From: a virus
Virus record (IMG/VR): IMGVR_UViG_3300037882_002640
Span: 30,811-94,810 of that record
Reading direction: 5' to 3' (one strand)
Length of the DNA: 64,000 nucleotides
Shown here: positions 22,579 to 32,848 of the stretch, one piece after another
How positions within the stretch are numbered: position 1 is the first letter of the stretch
Layout of the letters: each line of letters begins with the position of its first letter
The notes under the pieces: generated by a model
Told to the model about the DNA's origin: nothing
The model's input: the letters and a program-made list of their open reading frames with translations, nothing else
Database searches by the model: none
Program-made: the position numbers and the translations under genes

Positions 22579-23690
22579 ATAGGTTTAATTTTTAAAGTTT
22601 TAGTTTTTACCCATTTTTCTTCCCTTGTTCCTTCAGTGTAAAGATTAAAGAATAAGGCTTTCTTATCCTTACCTAACCTCACTGTACGCCCAAGAGCTTG
22701 GGTAAATACCAGTAACGATGAGTCTCCTGACACTGAAATGCCAGCATCTAGACTAGGAATGTCTAACCCTTCATTTAGAGCATCAACACCTATTAACCTA
22801 CTTACTTTACCAGTTTCCATCCTTTCAAGGACCTCTGCTTTTGCTTTCTTGCTCATCTTAGAATGGTAAACTGCTGAATTAGGTAGTAGTTTTCCGCAAA
22901 TTTCAGCTTCTTTAATACTTTTGAAGAAGATTATCCATCTTCTCCCTGGGTATTGATTAACCAACTTTATAACGGCGTCCATCTTGTTACCGTTACTTCA
23001 TACCGCTTGCTTCCGCATAGTCATTGCCCCCCAAAATTCCTTACTAGCACTACTAACCTCCTTATCAGGATGATTTCTATAGTGTTTAGCGTTCTCGAAG
23101 GGGGATGAATATTCCAGGTTTTTTTCTTTGGCTAATCTCGCTAAATTCTTAGACGCTTGAATTAATTTAGCGTTGAACACTGAGTACCTCTTCCCATTCG
23201 ACTTATCGTTGGGTAAGGCTATGTTGTATACCGTGAAATCACTTATTGCCCCATCTTCTAGGGCTTCATCAACTGTTTTCTCCTTTGCTATTGGCGCAAT
23301 GCTCACCATAAAATCCAGGTACTCTAGATTAGATGGGGCTGTTGCTGTTAACAGTAAGGTGTAGTTTCTGCTTATGTTGGAGTATAAACTCCTGTAGGCT
23401 GGGGAAAGGCTTCGGTGCGCCTCATCAACTATGAGTAGATTAACGCTTTTCTTCTGCTTGTACGCTGAATTAATTGTTGTAACCTCAGCCTTTCCCCCCA
23501 CCACTTTTTTTCATGCCTCAACTAAATTTACTCTAGATGAGACGATCAGTACTTCTCCTCCAATAAGCTCTACTGCCATTTGACCGACCCTGGTCTTACC
23601 ATATCCTGTCGGGAGAAGCACTGTGACGTGTTTATGTTCTACTAATTTATTTACCGAATCCAATTGCTCGGCATCTCTGATGGTTTTCAT
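22533..23690 (-). CDS. Superfamily 2 (DExH) helicase, with two in-frame TGA
   Basis: ATG at 23690; LPTGYGKT, TGA 23511-23513 (LVEA*KK), DEAH, TAT, TGA 22998-23000, NEGLDIP, QALGRTVR, all in one frame. Confidence 0.88.
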
Positions 23691-24547
23691 TAGTTATGGG
23701 CATTACATATTTTATATTTAGCCGATATTTGGGTATTACACCCAGACACCTGGCATTCGTGTGTAGTTAACTTACAGCCTCTGCATATTTCGCCTCCTGA
23801 AGATACCCGACTTGTTGCGCACCTAGCACAATAATGTATTTTTCTGCTGTCGCAATTGTCACATAAACCTTCACGAGTCAAGTCATATCCTCCAGGTAGC
23901 CTAACATATGCGCCACATCTCAAGCAGTTATCTGCTGAATCCTTTTCACATGTATTGCAGAGAGTCTTGGTGTAGTCATTACTCTCGAATCTGCACTTAC
24001 AATTAGAGCAAACATTTGAATGCTCTAGACAGAACTTAGATCCATTTATGGTGTGTTCACTGCATATTAAGCAGTAATTTGGGAAAATACTCCCACAATG
24101 ATCGCATTCTCTGTCTTTACCTAAGTATACGTCACACTTTGGGCATTTCCTGTTACAAGACTTGCATGTAGTATCGGCCAATAAATCATCCCCACAACCG
24201 GGGCATATACCAAAGGTACAACCTCTGCATATATTATCCGAATTTATTTTCTTAAACAAATTACACTTAAAACATTTACCTAGTTTAGGGCCGTTATCAA
24301 CGCTTACACAATCATGGACAGTCGTAGAAGGGTATACTTCCGCACAAGTTTTGCACGTTACATGATGCTCTTTTAAGCAGTCAATACACATTGCTTTTGC
24401 AACTGCTCTGTCTTCTGCAGGGCTTACCCATACACCCACTGTTAAATTGGCCGTCTTACCACACTCTTGGCAAGGACTGTGTATACACATGTCGCATAGT
24501 TCTTTAGTGGAACTAATAAGTGTATCACATTTAAAGCATGTGTTCAT
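23690..24547 (-). CDS. Cysteine-rich protein built of tandem CxxC knuckles
   Basis: About 20 CxxC motifs in 285 aa. Confidence 0.7.
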   Translation of the reverse strand: MNTCFKCDTLISSTKELCDMCIHSPCQECGKTANLTVGVWVSPAEDRAVAKAMCIDCLKEHHVTCKTCAEVYPSTTVHDCVSVDNGPKLGKCFKCNLFKKINSDNICRGCTFGICPGCGDDLLADTTCKSCNRKCPKCDVYLGKDRECDHCGSIFPNYCLICSEHTINGSKFCLEHSNVCSNCKCRFESNDYTKTLCNTCEKDSADNCLRCGAYVRLPGGYDLTREGLCDNCDSRKIHYCARCATSRVSSGGEICRGCKLTTHECQVSGCNTQISAKYKICNAHN

Positions 24548-24636
24548 ACAAACACACTGCGCACCTAAGGTGCACTTCTTTACCTTCCTGCCAAAGTGTG
24601 GCGACGACCTATTTATACATGTGAATGTACGGGTAA

Positions 24637-25647
24637 CTAGTTTGGGAGTACTATACCTAGGCCACCATCAAGGATGGAATCCTCAAAGAGAGCTCTAACA
24701 GCGTCGACTTCGGGTTTTTTACCCTCGTTAATCCTGTTGCTGATTTCAGCAAATGTTAGCATTAGTTTGATTGCAGATTCTTTTTCTGCTTCATCATCAG
24801 ATGACGAGTATCTATCCTTTGCTTCCACCACCTCTGCGTATATCTTGTCTGTTTTGGTCTTATCAGTTATACCGATATACTTAAGCAAATTAAGCACAAC
24901 AGATTTATCCTTGTCTGGATTCTTGGGCTTATCATCTCCGCTACTAGCAGGGGTTGTACTTTGCTGCCCTTTATCATCCTTCATGTAGTTCTCGCTATTA
25001 GTTCCTAGTGAGTAGAATATCTCCACCACTAAGATTAAATAGTGTACTACTATAGTGGCGATCATTAAGATTATTGGAGCAGCTAGTATTGCCCAAGGAG
25101 AGGTGTAGACCCTTAATCCCATTTGCAAGCACTCTTGCACATACTCCTGTTTATTAGTGAACGGGGATATCCATGAGTAAAACAATCCTAGGTGTGGAAT
25201 TTCTCCCAAACCCGCAGCCATTATGGTCAAGTTGAAGTAGGGCGGTAGAAACAGCCCCAAAAAAGAAACCCCCATGATAATGACGTTTATCAACATTGTC
25301 CCGAATTTCGACTTAATAAAACTGTCATAGATTGCTGCCATGGTGGAGGCAATAATCATACCAGATACAAACTGGTAAAATCCTAGGATTATATGAGTCA
25401 TAATCCTAGCTATAGGATTAATTTCCACCTTAGCCCCCGCTAAATGGGTAGTGGCCGCAACAAGACATTCCCCCACTGTGGCTATCAGTAGGATGACTAG
25501 CAACCACCCCGAAAAATCATTTCGGAATTGGTTCAGAATTAAATCTGTCAGTTTTTCATCCGGGTTTGAGTTTTTTAGGCGGATGAGTACTATGGCCACG
25601 CCAATAATCCCGCAGACAGCGAGAATTGAAATTAATAGATCCGACAT
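24637..25647 (-). CDS. Polytopic membrane protein
   Basis: At least five hydrophobic segments plus a soluble C-terminal domain. Confidence 0.7.
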   Translation of the reverse strand: MSDLLISILAVCGIIGVAIVLIRLKNSNPDEKLTDLILNQFRNDFSGWLLVILLIATVGECLVAATTHLAGAKVEINPIARIMTHIILGFYQFVSGMIIASTMAAIYDSFIKSKFGTMLINVIIMGVSFLGLFLPPYFNLTIMAAGLGEIPHLGLFYSWISPFTNKQEYVQECLQMGLRVYTSPWAILAAPIILMIATIVVHYLILVVEIFYSLGTNSENYMKDDKGQQSTTPASSGDDKPKNPDKDKSVVLNLLKYIGITDKTKTDKIYAEVVEAKDRYSSSDDEAEKESAIKLMLTFAEISNRINEGKKPEVDAVRALFEDSILDGGLGIVLPN

Positions 25648-27495
25648 TTATTTTGTCCATATTGTAGAGTGAGAAGTGTCACTCTTTGGTGAGCAATTTT
25701 TTAGTAAGAGTTTCCCAGCCTGCATCATGGCGGAGCTAACTACTTGCTTTACTTTTTCCACATCTTCATCCCTGCACCTAATAACCCATTCATCATGGAT
25801 TAAGATACATATCTCGAAATTGTGGATACTGCTTAATTTTCTTAAGAGATTACCAGCTAGTTTAATCATATCCGCTCCAGTTGACTGAATTGGGTAATTA
25901 AATGCTTTTCTCCTTACTTGGGATTCAAACTTATTAATCCATTCCTTCATCGCTTGGTTCTCGTAGCCCCTTGCAATTAAGTCCGAATAAATTTTCTTAG
26001 CTTTTAGGTACTCGTCATGCCCTTCAAATAGTATTCTCCTTTTAGAGTAATTGTTGGTTATTACGTAACCATCTATTAGGGCCTGTGCGGCCTTCTTTTC
26101 CAATCCCTCTATCAGAGTAGGGTACAACGCTTTAACGTCCTCTACGGCCTTTCTAGCCACCTTCATAGGCAATCCGAATTGACTTGCAATCTTTCCTGGA
26201 CCACCACCATACAGAATTGTAAATACGATGGTTTTCGCAATCTGCCTATGTAGTGATGGAATCATATTCTCACCCCAGACTACACTTGCAGTTTTCAAAT
26301 GCAAATCAACTCCTTCCTTAAACCAGTCAAGAATTTTAGTCTCCCCATATAAATCCGCAGCTATTAACACCTCTTGTGAGGAGTAGTCAGCAGTTACAAA
26401 GGAATAACCTTCTCCTGCTTCAAAACAGTTGCGGTACTCATTCATCCTAGGAATTTGCTGCATATTAGGATTAGACGATGAAGTTCGTCCCGTGTCCACC
26501 ATTTGCATGTAACTACTATGGATTTTGCCAGTAAGTGGGCTAATCTTTGATAGAAATTTCTCACCATATGATGTCTTAAGTTTCATTAACTTCTTATACT
26601 CCAAATACAAATGTACAAGTTCATTATCAATCTTAGACAGGACAGTGGAGTTTACCCCCTCTTTTATTTCACCTGTTTTCTTATCTATAAACGAAACTGA
26701 TACACCAGTATTTTTCATCAAATCTAGAACTTGCTTTGGCGAGTTCCAGTTGATATCCCCATACACCGAAAGTTTTTCCAGAGACTTTTCAATTTCATTT
26801 TCCTGGTGCTTAATTAAAGCATTTCATTTATCGCGGTTAACATCCACACCATTAAGTTCCATGTCCGCTAAAACCAAAATAAATTCCTTTTCGACTAGGT
26901 TGTAGACATCCAGTAACCCGTCTTTTTCCATTTTAGCATGTAGGACTTCATATAGTGTGTACGTGTATTCTGTGTCTTTTGCAGCATATGCTGCTTGCTG
27001 TGGGGTTAGCTTCCCACCAAATGTTCGTCGGATGTCCTTAGTTACAGTGTAATCAAATAAGTCAGTCTGTAGCGTATACGCATACTTGTCAACATATTCC
27101 CTAGCCATACTTTCTAATGAAAAAGTACCTTTAGGGTTTGTTAAACCTAACTTAATTAACTGCCCCATAACCATGGTATCATCTACATCATTATGTACGT
27201 ATCCTGTGTGTCTTTTTATCACAGAATAATCGAATTTGCCATTATGGCAAATCCACCCTATCTTTTTTAACTTCCCTAGGAGCATCTTAGAAAATCCTTC
27301 CTGAACATCCACTAGTATAGTATAATCTTTACCTGTTATCTGTACAGTAAGAATCTCTTTGGCCTCATCCCAAGTAGTTTCCGTGTCCAGGGCTACCTTA
27401 TCTTTTATTTTACTACAAGCCTCAACTAAACTAATATTAATAAAGCCGTCAATCTTATAGTCCCCTACGAAATACCTAGTAAATTTCTTTGCCAT
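25648..27495 (-). CDS. polA: Family A DNA polymerase (3'-5' exonuclease plus polymerase), with one in-frame TGA
   Basis: Exonuclease motifs LDTET, HNGKFD, YAAKD; GVDVNRDK*NAL (TGA 26824-26826); then TGRTSS, ADYSSQE, RQIAKTIVFTILYG, IHDE in the same frame. Confidence 0.9.
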
Positions 27496-27781
27496 CGATT
27501 TCTAAAAATCTGTCTATTTTGTAAGATGAGCTCGTAAACTCATCCATATTCCTTACCACTCCCTTACTAGATACCACCCTACGTATCTTCCTAATGCAGG
27601 TGAAATTATTTAACTTCACCTTTCACTTATCGTGTTGATAGGTAACTTGGTATTTGTCAGGCACCTCATCTAGGATGAAGGGAAGGCCCTTACCCATGTA
27701 TTCCACAAGTTCAGCCTCCCCTTCGTAACCTAAATTTTGATAAGGGTCAAGGTACACTGGTACCATCTGCCCTACCTTCAT
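27476..27781 (-). CDS. Hypothetical protein with one in-frame TGA (missing from the ORF track)
   Basis: ATG 27781, TGA 27623-27625 (HDK*KVK), TAG 27476; fills the gap between its neighbours. Confidence 0.65.
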
Positions 27782-27783
27782 AC

Positions 27784-28374
27784 TTACATTTCTATATGTA
27801 TGTGACTTCCTGTAGCGCTGGGGTTGTAAAATATATAAGGCTTACATTCCTCGCGTGTAGCGTAAGTTTCCACCTCTTTACATCCTGGCTTGCCTTCGAT
27901 GTACATAGTTAGCCCATGTTCTTGTAGCCATTTCTTACCAGATTCTGATACTAAATAATCTACAAGGTCTTGAGACAAATCTAAGTCGCAGGCTTTGCCA
28001 TGTTCATGTTCTGACTTTGTCCCCCAATTCCTACGAAGTGAGGTTATCATTGCCTTGGGACCACTGTACTCCCCCAGTGCTGTTTTTAAGGCACTACAAA
28101 TATCCGTGTTTACACCTCTATACAGTACAAACCCTAGAAAGTTAGCTTTGCAGCTACCGAATTTTTTACTTTTCGGATTCTTTCATGGGTGTATTTTCAG
28201 TAGTGTATCTAGTTGTAGTTTAATGGAGTCTGTTACTCCACCATACTCTAAAACCTCCATTTTAAGGTGTTCAAGAGCATCACGTTGGTCGTCGATAATC
28301 CTATTTTGTTTTATTTGAAAACTAATAAGTGCTGCGACCATTATACCCTGTAGTGCCAATCGTATGTCATTCAT
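27784..28374 (-). CDS. Peptidase M15-like cell-wall peptidase with N-terminal anchor, with one in-frame TGA
   Basis: 28183-28374 and 27784-28050 join in frame through HP*KNP; motifs ITSLRR, SEHEHGKACD, HIHIE. Confidence 0.75.
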
Positions 28375-28419
28375 ATGTTTGCTGTCTTGTATTTACTAGT
28401 GCTCTAGTTCCAAGCACTT

Positions 28420-28707
28420 CTAGTTAGCGGGGTATAAAAGCTTGTAAGCTTTGTTTACTACAAAGAACTCCGCCACTTGGGCACCTGTATTTGGATGGTT
28501 ACGAGGAACAAACTTTTCGACTATTACGCCGTCTGATTTATTTCCGTTCCTATCGTAATACAAGTTAACGCCCCTTTTATCAGTAGTTCATGTCAGTCCC
28601 ACCTCGCTGTATGACACATTTAGCGCCATTCCAGTCCTGGCGGACCTCAAAACTACCAATCCACTGTTACTTAAGTAAGTAACAGCTCGCTCATCAATAT
28701 TGTTCAT
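28420..28707 (-). CDS. Hypothetical protein with one in-frame TGA (missing from the ORF track)
   Basis: ATG 28707 directly after the upstream stop, TGA 28588-28590 (GLT*TTD), TAG 28420. Confidence 0.65.
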
Positions 28708-28708
28708 T

Positions 28709-29269
28709 TTAACTTAGAATTGAAACAGGCCTTGGTCCATCCAAGTCCTCTCTTGGCAGTAGTAATTTCTGGAACTCTAAGTCCCATGAAATATACTCCC
28801 CACCTATCAACATGGCGTTGTTAGCCACGAAGCATCTCTTTTTATCATCGAATTGGATAGGATCGCGATAATCGCTTATCTTCACTATCCCCCCTTCGAT
28901 AATTAGTTTTACTGTCAACTCGTTCGCAACCTGCCACATGCAGGCCATCATAATAAAGGAGTTCCCTTCACATATTATCCTTACACTACGGTCATATAAA
29001 TATCTGTAATGCTTGTCACGTACAAACCCTTCTATGTGGTTTGGCCAATTACCAATTGGGGGTTTCCCATGTGGGTAATTGAAGAAGTGTGGGATATTGG
29101 TAGAGAACCCCTCAAAGTGGGGAATGTACAGGTAGTCCATTTTACTGGTACTGTCCCCAGGTAAAATTAACTTAACACTGTATCCCAACTCTAGGAGTTT
29201 GGATATATCGGGCAACTTTAATGGGTCCACCAAGACCCCTATTGTTACCTGTGAATTATTTTTGATCAT
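28709..29269 (-). CDS. Hypothetical protein, possibly a degenerate class I glutamine amidotransferase-like fold
   Basis: Strand/helix pattern IGVLV...GYSVKLI...MDYLYIP, but no intact nucleophile motif. Confidence 0.45.
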   Translation of the reverse strand: MIKNNSQVTIGVLVDPLKLPDISKLLELGYSVKLILPGDSTSKMDYLYIPHFEGFSTNIPHFFNYPHGKPPIGNWPNHIEGFVRDKHYRYLYDRSVRIICEGNSFIMMACMWQVANELTVKLIIEGGIVKISDYRDPIQFDDKKRCFVANNAMLIGGEYISWDLEFQKLLLPREDLDGPRPVSILS

Positions 29270-29436
29270 TAGCCAGTTTCTTTAGGCGAGTCAATAACTC
29301 ATACAAAAGTATGGATTTATTTTGACTGCACAAATTTATTTCCTTAAAGAAATTTTTTTTTGTGTGTTGAGGAGCAAATACTCTATGCATGCCCTCTTCT
29401 TCTGCTATAAATATACCTAGGCGGTTCATTGCCAAT

Positions 29437-29754
29437 TCAAGCTCCCCGTAGGTACGCTGCCTGCACTTGAATCTCTTGCCTAAGCTCTTCGATTTTGCGG
29501 GTGTATACAGTGATTTGTTTTTTGGCCCTGCCATACTTGATTTTTCTTTTATTATTGTACACTGCAATATCTTGGTACTTACGAACAACCCTACGTGCTT
29601 CTACAATGATTCCATGGAACCTGTTGTGTGCTGTGTTTACTTTTTCGTAGAGAAAAACTTCTTCCTTTTCATCAGGGGTGGGGAAATCGGGGAGTGGGTC
29701 AATACCGAGGTCTTCAAACCCCTCCCCTTTCAACCATCTTCTTTTTGCGTCCAT
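29437..29754 (-). CDS. Hypothetical protein
   Basis: Probable start MDAKRRW after the upstream TAA. Confidence 0.5.
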   Translation of the reverse strand: MDAKRRWLKGEGFEDLGIDPLPDFPTPDEKEEVFLYEKVNTAHNRFHGIIVEARRVVRKYQDIAVYNNKRKIKYGRAKKQITVYTRKIEELRQEIQVQAAYLRGA

Positions 29755-29764
29755 GGTTAGTGAA

Positions 29765-30307
29765 TTAATAGTTAATGATTTGCCCCACTTTTGGGATTTT
29801 TGGAATGGCTTCACTAGGAATCCCTAATGCCTGTAAGACTTTTCGGGTTTCTCCAGGCCTTACTACATGCGTCTTAGTAACCTTCCTTGAATTGGATGGT
29901 AAAACGGCTGTGTACGCTATGTTACCTAGGTAAATTACTTGATTTGTTGTGTCAACCCGAACCGAATATATTTCCACCACTTTTCGTGGGAAATGATTTA
30001 TTCGATATCCAACAGCCCCATCCCCTAGTGAAAATATATCCCCTTGTGATATATGAACCGTATCTAAATCGACAACAATATTCTCTGGGGTAATAAGGAA
30101 CTTCTTAGGTTCCTCCACTATGGATTGATTTTCTAATATGAACTTGGTGAAGACTTCCACCTCACACTCTTCGCAGAACCCTGTAAGTTCTGGATTAGTT
30201 TGAGGAGTTGTAAACTCCTGTGGCAGGGCTTCGTTGCCACCGCATCTGGTGAGCAGTATAAGTAGTAATACCAGAATTGTTCTGGCGTAATAAACAATTG
30301 GTTGCAT
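29765..30307 (-). CDS. Putative lipoprotein with C-terminal LysM-like motif
   Basis: Signal peptide ending LLTRC; C-terminal THVVRPGET...PKVGQII. Confidence 0.6.
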   Translation of the reverse strand: MQPIVYYARTILVLLLILLTRCGGNEALPQEFTTPQTNPELTGFCEECEVEVFTKFILENQSIVEEPKKFLITPENIVVDLDTVHISQGDIFSLGDGAVGYRINHFPRKVVEIYSVRVDTTNQVIYLGNIAYTAVLPSNSRKVTKTHVVRPGETRKVLQALGIPSEAIPKIPKVGQIINY

Positions 30308-30753
30308 AAATTTTTAGGTGATGCCAAGAGAGCGGCGATTTGTATATGGTCGCTCCCTTGAAGGTTATCGAAATTTATTTTTAGTAGGTCTGAGGATGCA
30401 AAGTTAGGGTTTTCTTCCATGGCTCGCTTTATTGCTACTGGAAAATAATTATTCAGTTTTTCCCTGCAAAGCAACTCGTTTGCCAATTCCTGTTCCATCC
30501 TAGGCATCCGTGTACACCATAATGGGCAATATTTATCCCGTAACAGGGAAGTGTATGCTACTTCTCTACTAAAAATAGTAGTGCAGCGGATTTCCCACAT
30601 CTTTTTACCCTTATTGAGGACCATAATCGATGGGCCATAGGAACTCCCGTCTTCATACTTAAATTCAGGGGTAGCGTGCACAAAGTATCGGCTAGACCCT
30701 GTGTTAGATTGTAGTTCTACTTTATATGTAGGACCTGTATCGGTATTCTCCAT
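30133..30753 (-). CDS. Hypothetical protein
   Basis: 206-aa ORF whose 3' part overlaps the next gene. Confidence 0.55.
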   Translation of the reverse strand: MENTDTGPTYKVELQSNTGSSRYFVHATPEFKYEDGSSYGPSIMVLNKGKKMWEIRCTTIFSREVAYTSLLRDKYCPLWCTRMPRMEQELANELLCREKLNNYFPVAIKRAMEENPNFASSDLLKINFDNLQGSDHIQIAALLASPKNLCNQLFITPEQFWYYYLYCSPDAVATKPCHRSLQLLKLIQNLQGSAKSVRWKSSPSSY

Positions 30754-31328
30754 AGCGTTCCGTTTACTTCACACATGATTACTCGGTTTATGTGGGAAGG
30801 TAAGCCAATTAGGGGCTCTTGGGCATTTCTGCTTATATGCTCATGTAGCCACATTTTCTTACCCCTTCTTGTCAGCTGATAACGTACAATGATTTCAAAC
30901 ATAGACACCGCGTATTGCGGAGCCAGAAAATCCATCATTCTACCTACATCAGCCTCGAAGTACTTGATTTCGTCGTCTACCTCTATTTGTTCTTTATCTC
31001 CCACCATTTGGTGATGGTATCTGTTATTCCACTTATATATGATTAAATCACACTTTGACTCCTCATCTCTGAAGACGTTAGGGCCAAATAGTGGTTTTAA
31101 CATGTAATCTTCTGCATAGTCTTTATGGTACAACGCGTAGTACATTGGATGTAGATGGTTCCAATATATGCAGAATGGGAAGATAAAACAGGGAAGTGTA
31201 AACTTAATACCATTAACAGCAACCTCAAGTATTTGAGTCTTTTCGTTTTTTGATATTATTTCTACACTTCCCTTGAATGTGGCTTCTCTAGGCAGTTGGA
31301 CCGCTGCCTTTTGCTTGTGCCTGGTCAT
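30717..31328 (-). CDS. Hypothetical protein
   Basis: 203-aa ORF in the operon. Confidence 0.6.
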   Translation of the reverse strand: MTRHKQKAAVQLPREATFKGSVEIISKNEKTQILEVAVNGIKFTLPCFIFPFCIYWNHLHPMYYALYHKDYAEDYMLKPLFGPNVFRDEESKCDLIIYKWNNRYHHQMVGDKEQIEVDDEIKYFEADVGRMMDFLAPQYAVSMFEIIVRYQLTRRGKKMWLHEHISRNAQEPLIGLPSHINRVIMCEVNGTLWRIPIQVLHIK

Positions 31329-32595
31329 AGATTTCTGACAATGAGAAGGACGATACTCCTTCTGGTAAAGTTGTTACTTTACCTCCAGATATGAGGTTAA
31401 CCACTTGCTTCGCGGCTTCCACCTTAAATTTGGTTATCTCGACTACTAGGCTTCTTCCAGGGCGATAGAAGGCTGGGCATGCCTTCTTTGCCACAGCTAC
31501 ATCTGTATTTGTCACAAATACATAGGATATAGAAGGAGAGGCTAATCCGTCAAGAAATTTGCACATATCCCTAATTACAGCAGACTCCATGTTGAAGTCA
31601 TCCATAATGAGTATAACTTTCTTCCCCAATCCTGCTACAAAAGCCACAAATTCGGTGTAATTTTCCGATACAGCGGTGAGTATCAACTCACTTGCGAACA
31701 CAGCTACAGTTTGATCTAGAGATCTTGCAATTGTTTTAGCAATTGTAGTTTTTCCAGTGCCAGGATGCCCAAAAAGAGTTAGGGATCGTCCCCCTCCTTG
31801 GTTCAGGTATTTAATGGCCTGATCCGTAAACACTTGGGGGTCCATCTCTGTACCTCCCATTAGAATGGGGGCATAGTACTCCATTCGTGTCTCTGTATTA
31901 ATTACAGATAGTGGGTTGAGCTTGAAGCCCCCCGTATAACTTAGCGCATATAAAGGAGCAGAAGTGCCATACTGACGTTGTACTTTGAATTTATCGAATT
32001 CCTTGAAATGAACACGCATTACGTCGATACACTCGTCGTTGCAATTCACCAGACTAAAGGCCACTTGAACTTTACAAACGGATGGGACGGAAACTCCGTC
32101 TTTAACGAATATATTTGGAGCACTTTGGTCTTCGGTAACCTCTAAGATTACTTGCTGCCCGTTCACCTCCCAAGAATAATAAGAAACTGCCCCCCTATCC
32201 GTTTCGCTACGGTGGTGCATTGTTTTTGGCTGAGCATTGACCCATGCCATCACATCAGATGTTGAGAGGAAATCATCCCCTATCTGCTTAAAAAATACAG
32301 ACGTGTTGGGGAATAGTACCCCAGCATACCCCTTAAGGCCGTTGGCAACTACTGAGACCATTAGTTCGTTTGTTAACGACCTCTGGGCCAAGGCTTTTAA
32401 GCCATTGGTTACTGTGCGTAGGGCACTTGTAGCCACAGCTACTTCTTCAACAGCAGCGGTTACCTCTGCAACCGCCTCTACCTTTGCTTGGCTGGCCGCT
32501 TTATGGTTAAGGTTCATGTTGACAACCACAACCACCAAAACGATGAGAAGGGATGCCATCAGCCATAGCGCACCAGTGATGGATAGTAATATCAT
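31288..32595 (-). CDS. Membrane-anchored AAA+ ATPase
   Basis: N-terminal TM; Walker A GHPGTGKT, Walker B LIMDD, VTN sensor and RPGR arginine finger. Confidence 0.8.
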   Translation of the reverse strand: MILLSITGALWLMASLLIVLVVVVVNMNLNHKAASQAKVEAVAEVTAAVEEVAVATSALRTVTNGLKALAQRSLTNELMVSVVANGLKGYAGVLFPNTSVFFKQIGDDFLSTSDVMAWVNAQPKTMHHRSETDRGAVSYYSWEVNGQQVILEVTEDQSAPNIFVKDGVSVPSVCKVQVAFSLVNCNDECIDVMRVHFKEFDKFKVQRQYGTSAPLYALSYTGGFKLNPLSVINTETRMEYYAPILMGGTEMDPQVFTDQAIKYLNQGGGRSLTLFGHPGTGKTTIAKTIARSLDQTVAVFASELILTAVSENYTEFVAFVAGLGKKVILIMDDFNMESAVIRDMCKFLDGLASPSISYVFVTNTDVAVAKKACPAFYRPGRSLVVEITKFKVEAAKQVVNLISGGKVTTLPEGVSSFSLSEIYDQAQAKGSGPTA

Positions 32596-32848
32596 AATTA
32601 AAATTTTATTGTCTCAGCAATCTTACTGAGCTTTTGAATGTTTTGTTGAAAAGTCTCGTCGTGCTCTTCTATCGGGTGCATAACACCTTCTATAACGAAC
32701 ACTTTGAAATCGAAATATACTGTTCCTCCTGCCAAGTATCTAAAGCGGACTATTGTCCTGTCCATCAAGTCTATGTCGACTTCGTACTCTAGTAGGGTTA
32801 CCCCTACGAAAATGGTGGTGGCAGGTACCGCTATATAGTTTGCAAGCC

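Noticed and set aside
14534-28707. Replication genes as pseudogenes or genuinely split genes
   Set aside because: All 14 breaks are TGA, in frame, with no TAG, TAA or frameshift lesions. Random decay of TGG would also produce TAG.
14534-28707. TGA as selenocysteine or glycine (table 25)
   Set aside because: The informative contexts (F..F*..YP, WVG*KK, DK*) call for Trp, not a catalytic Cys or Gly. Alignment is still needed to confirm each site.
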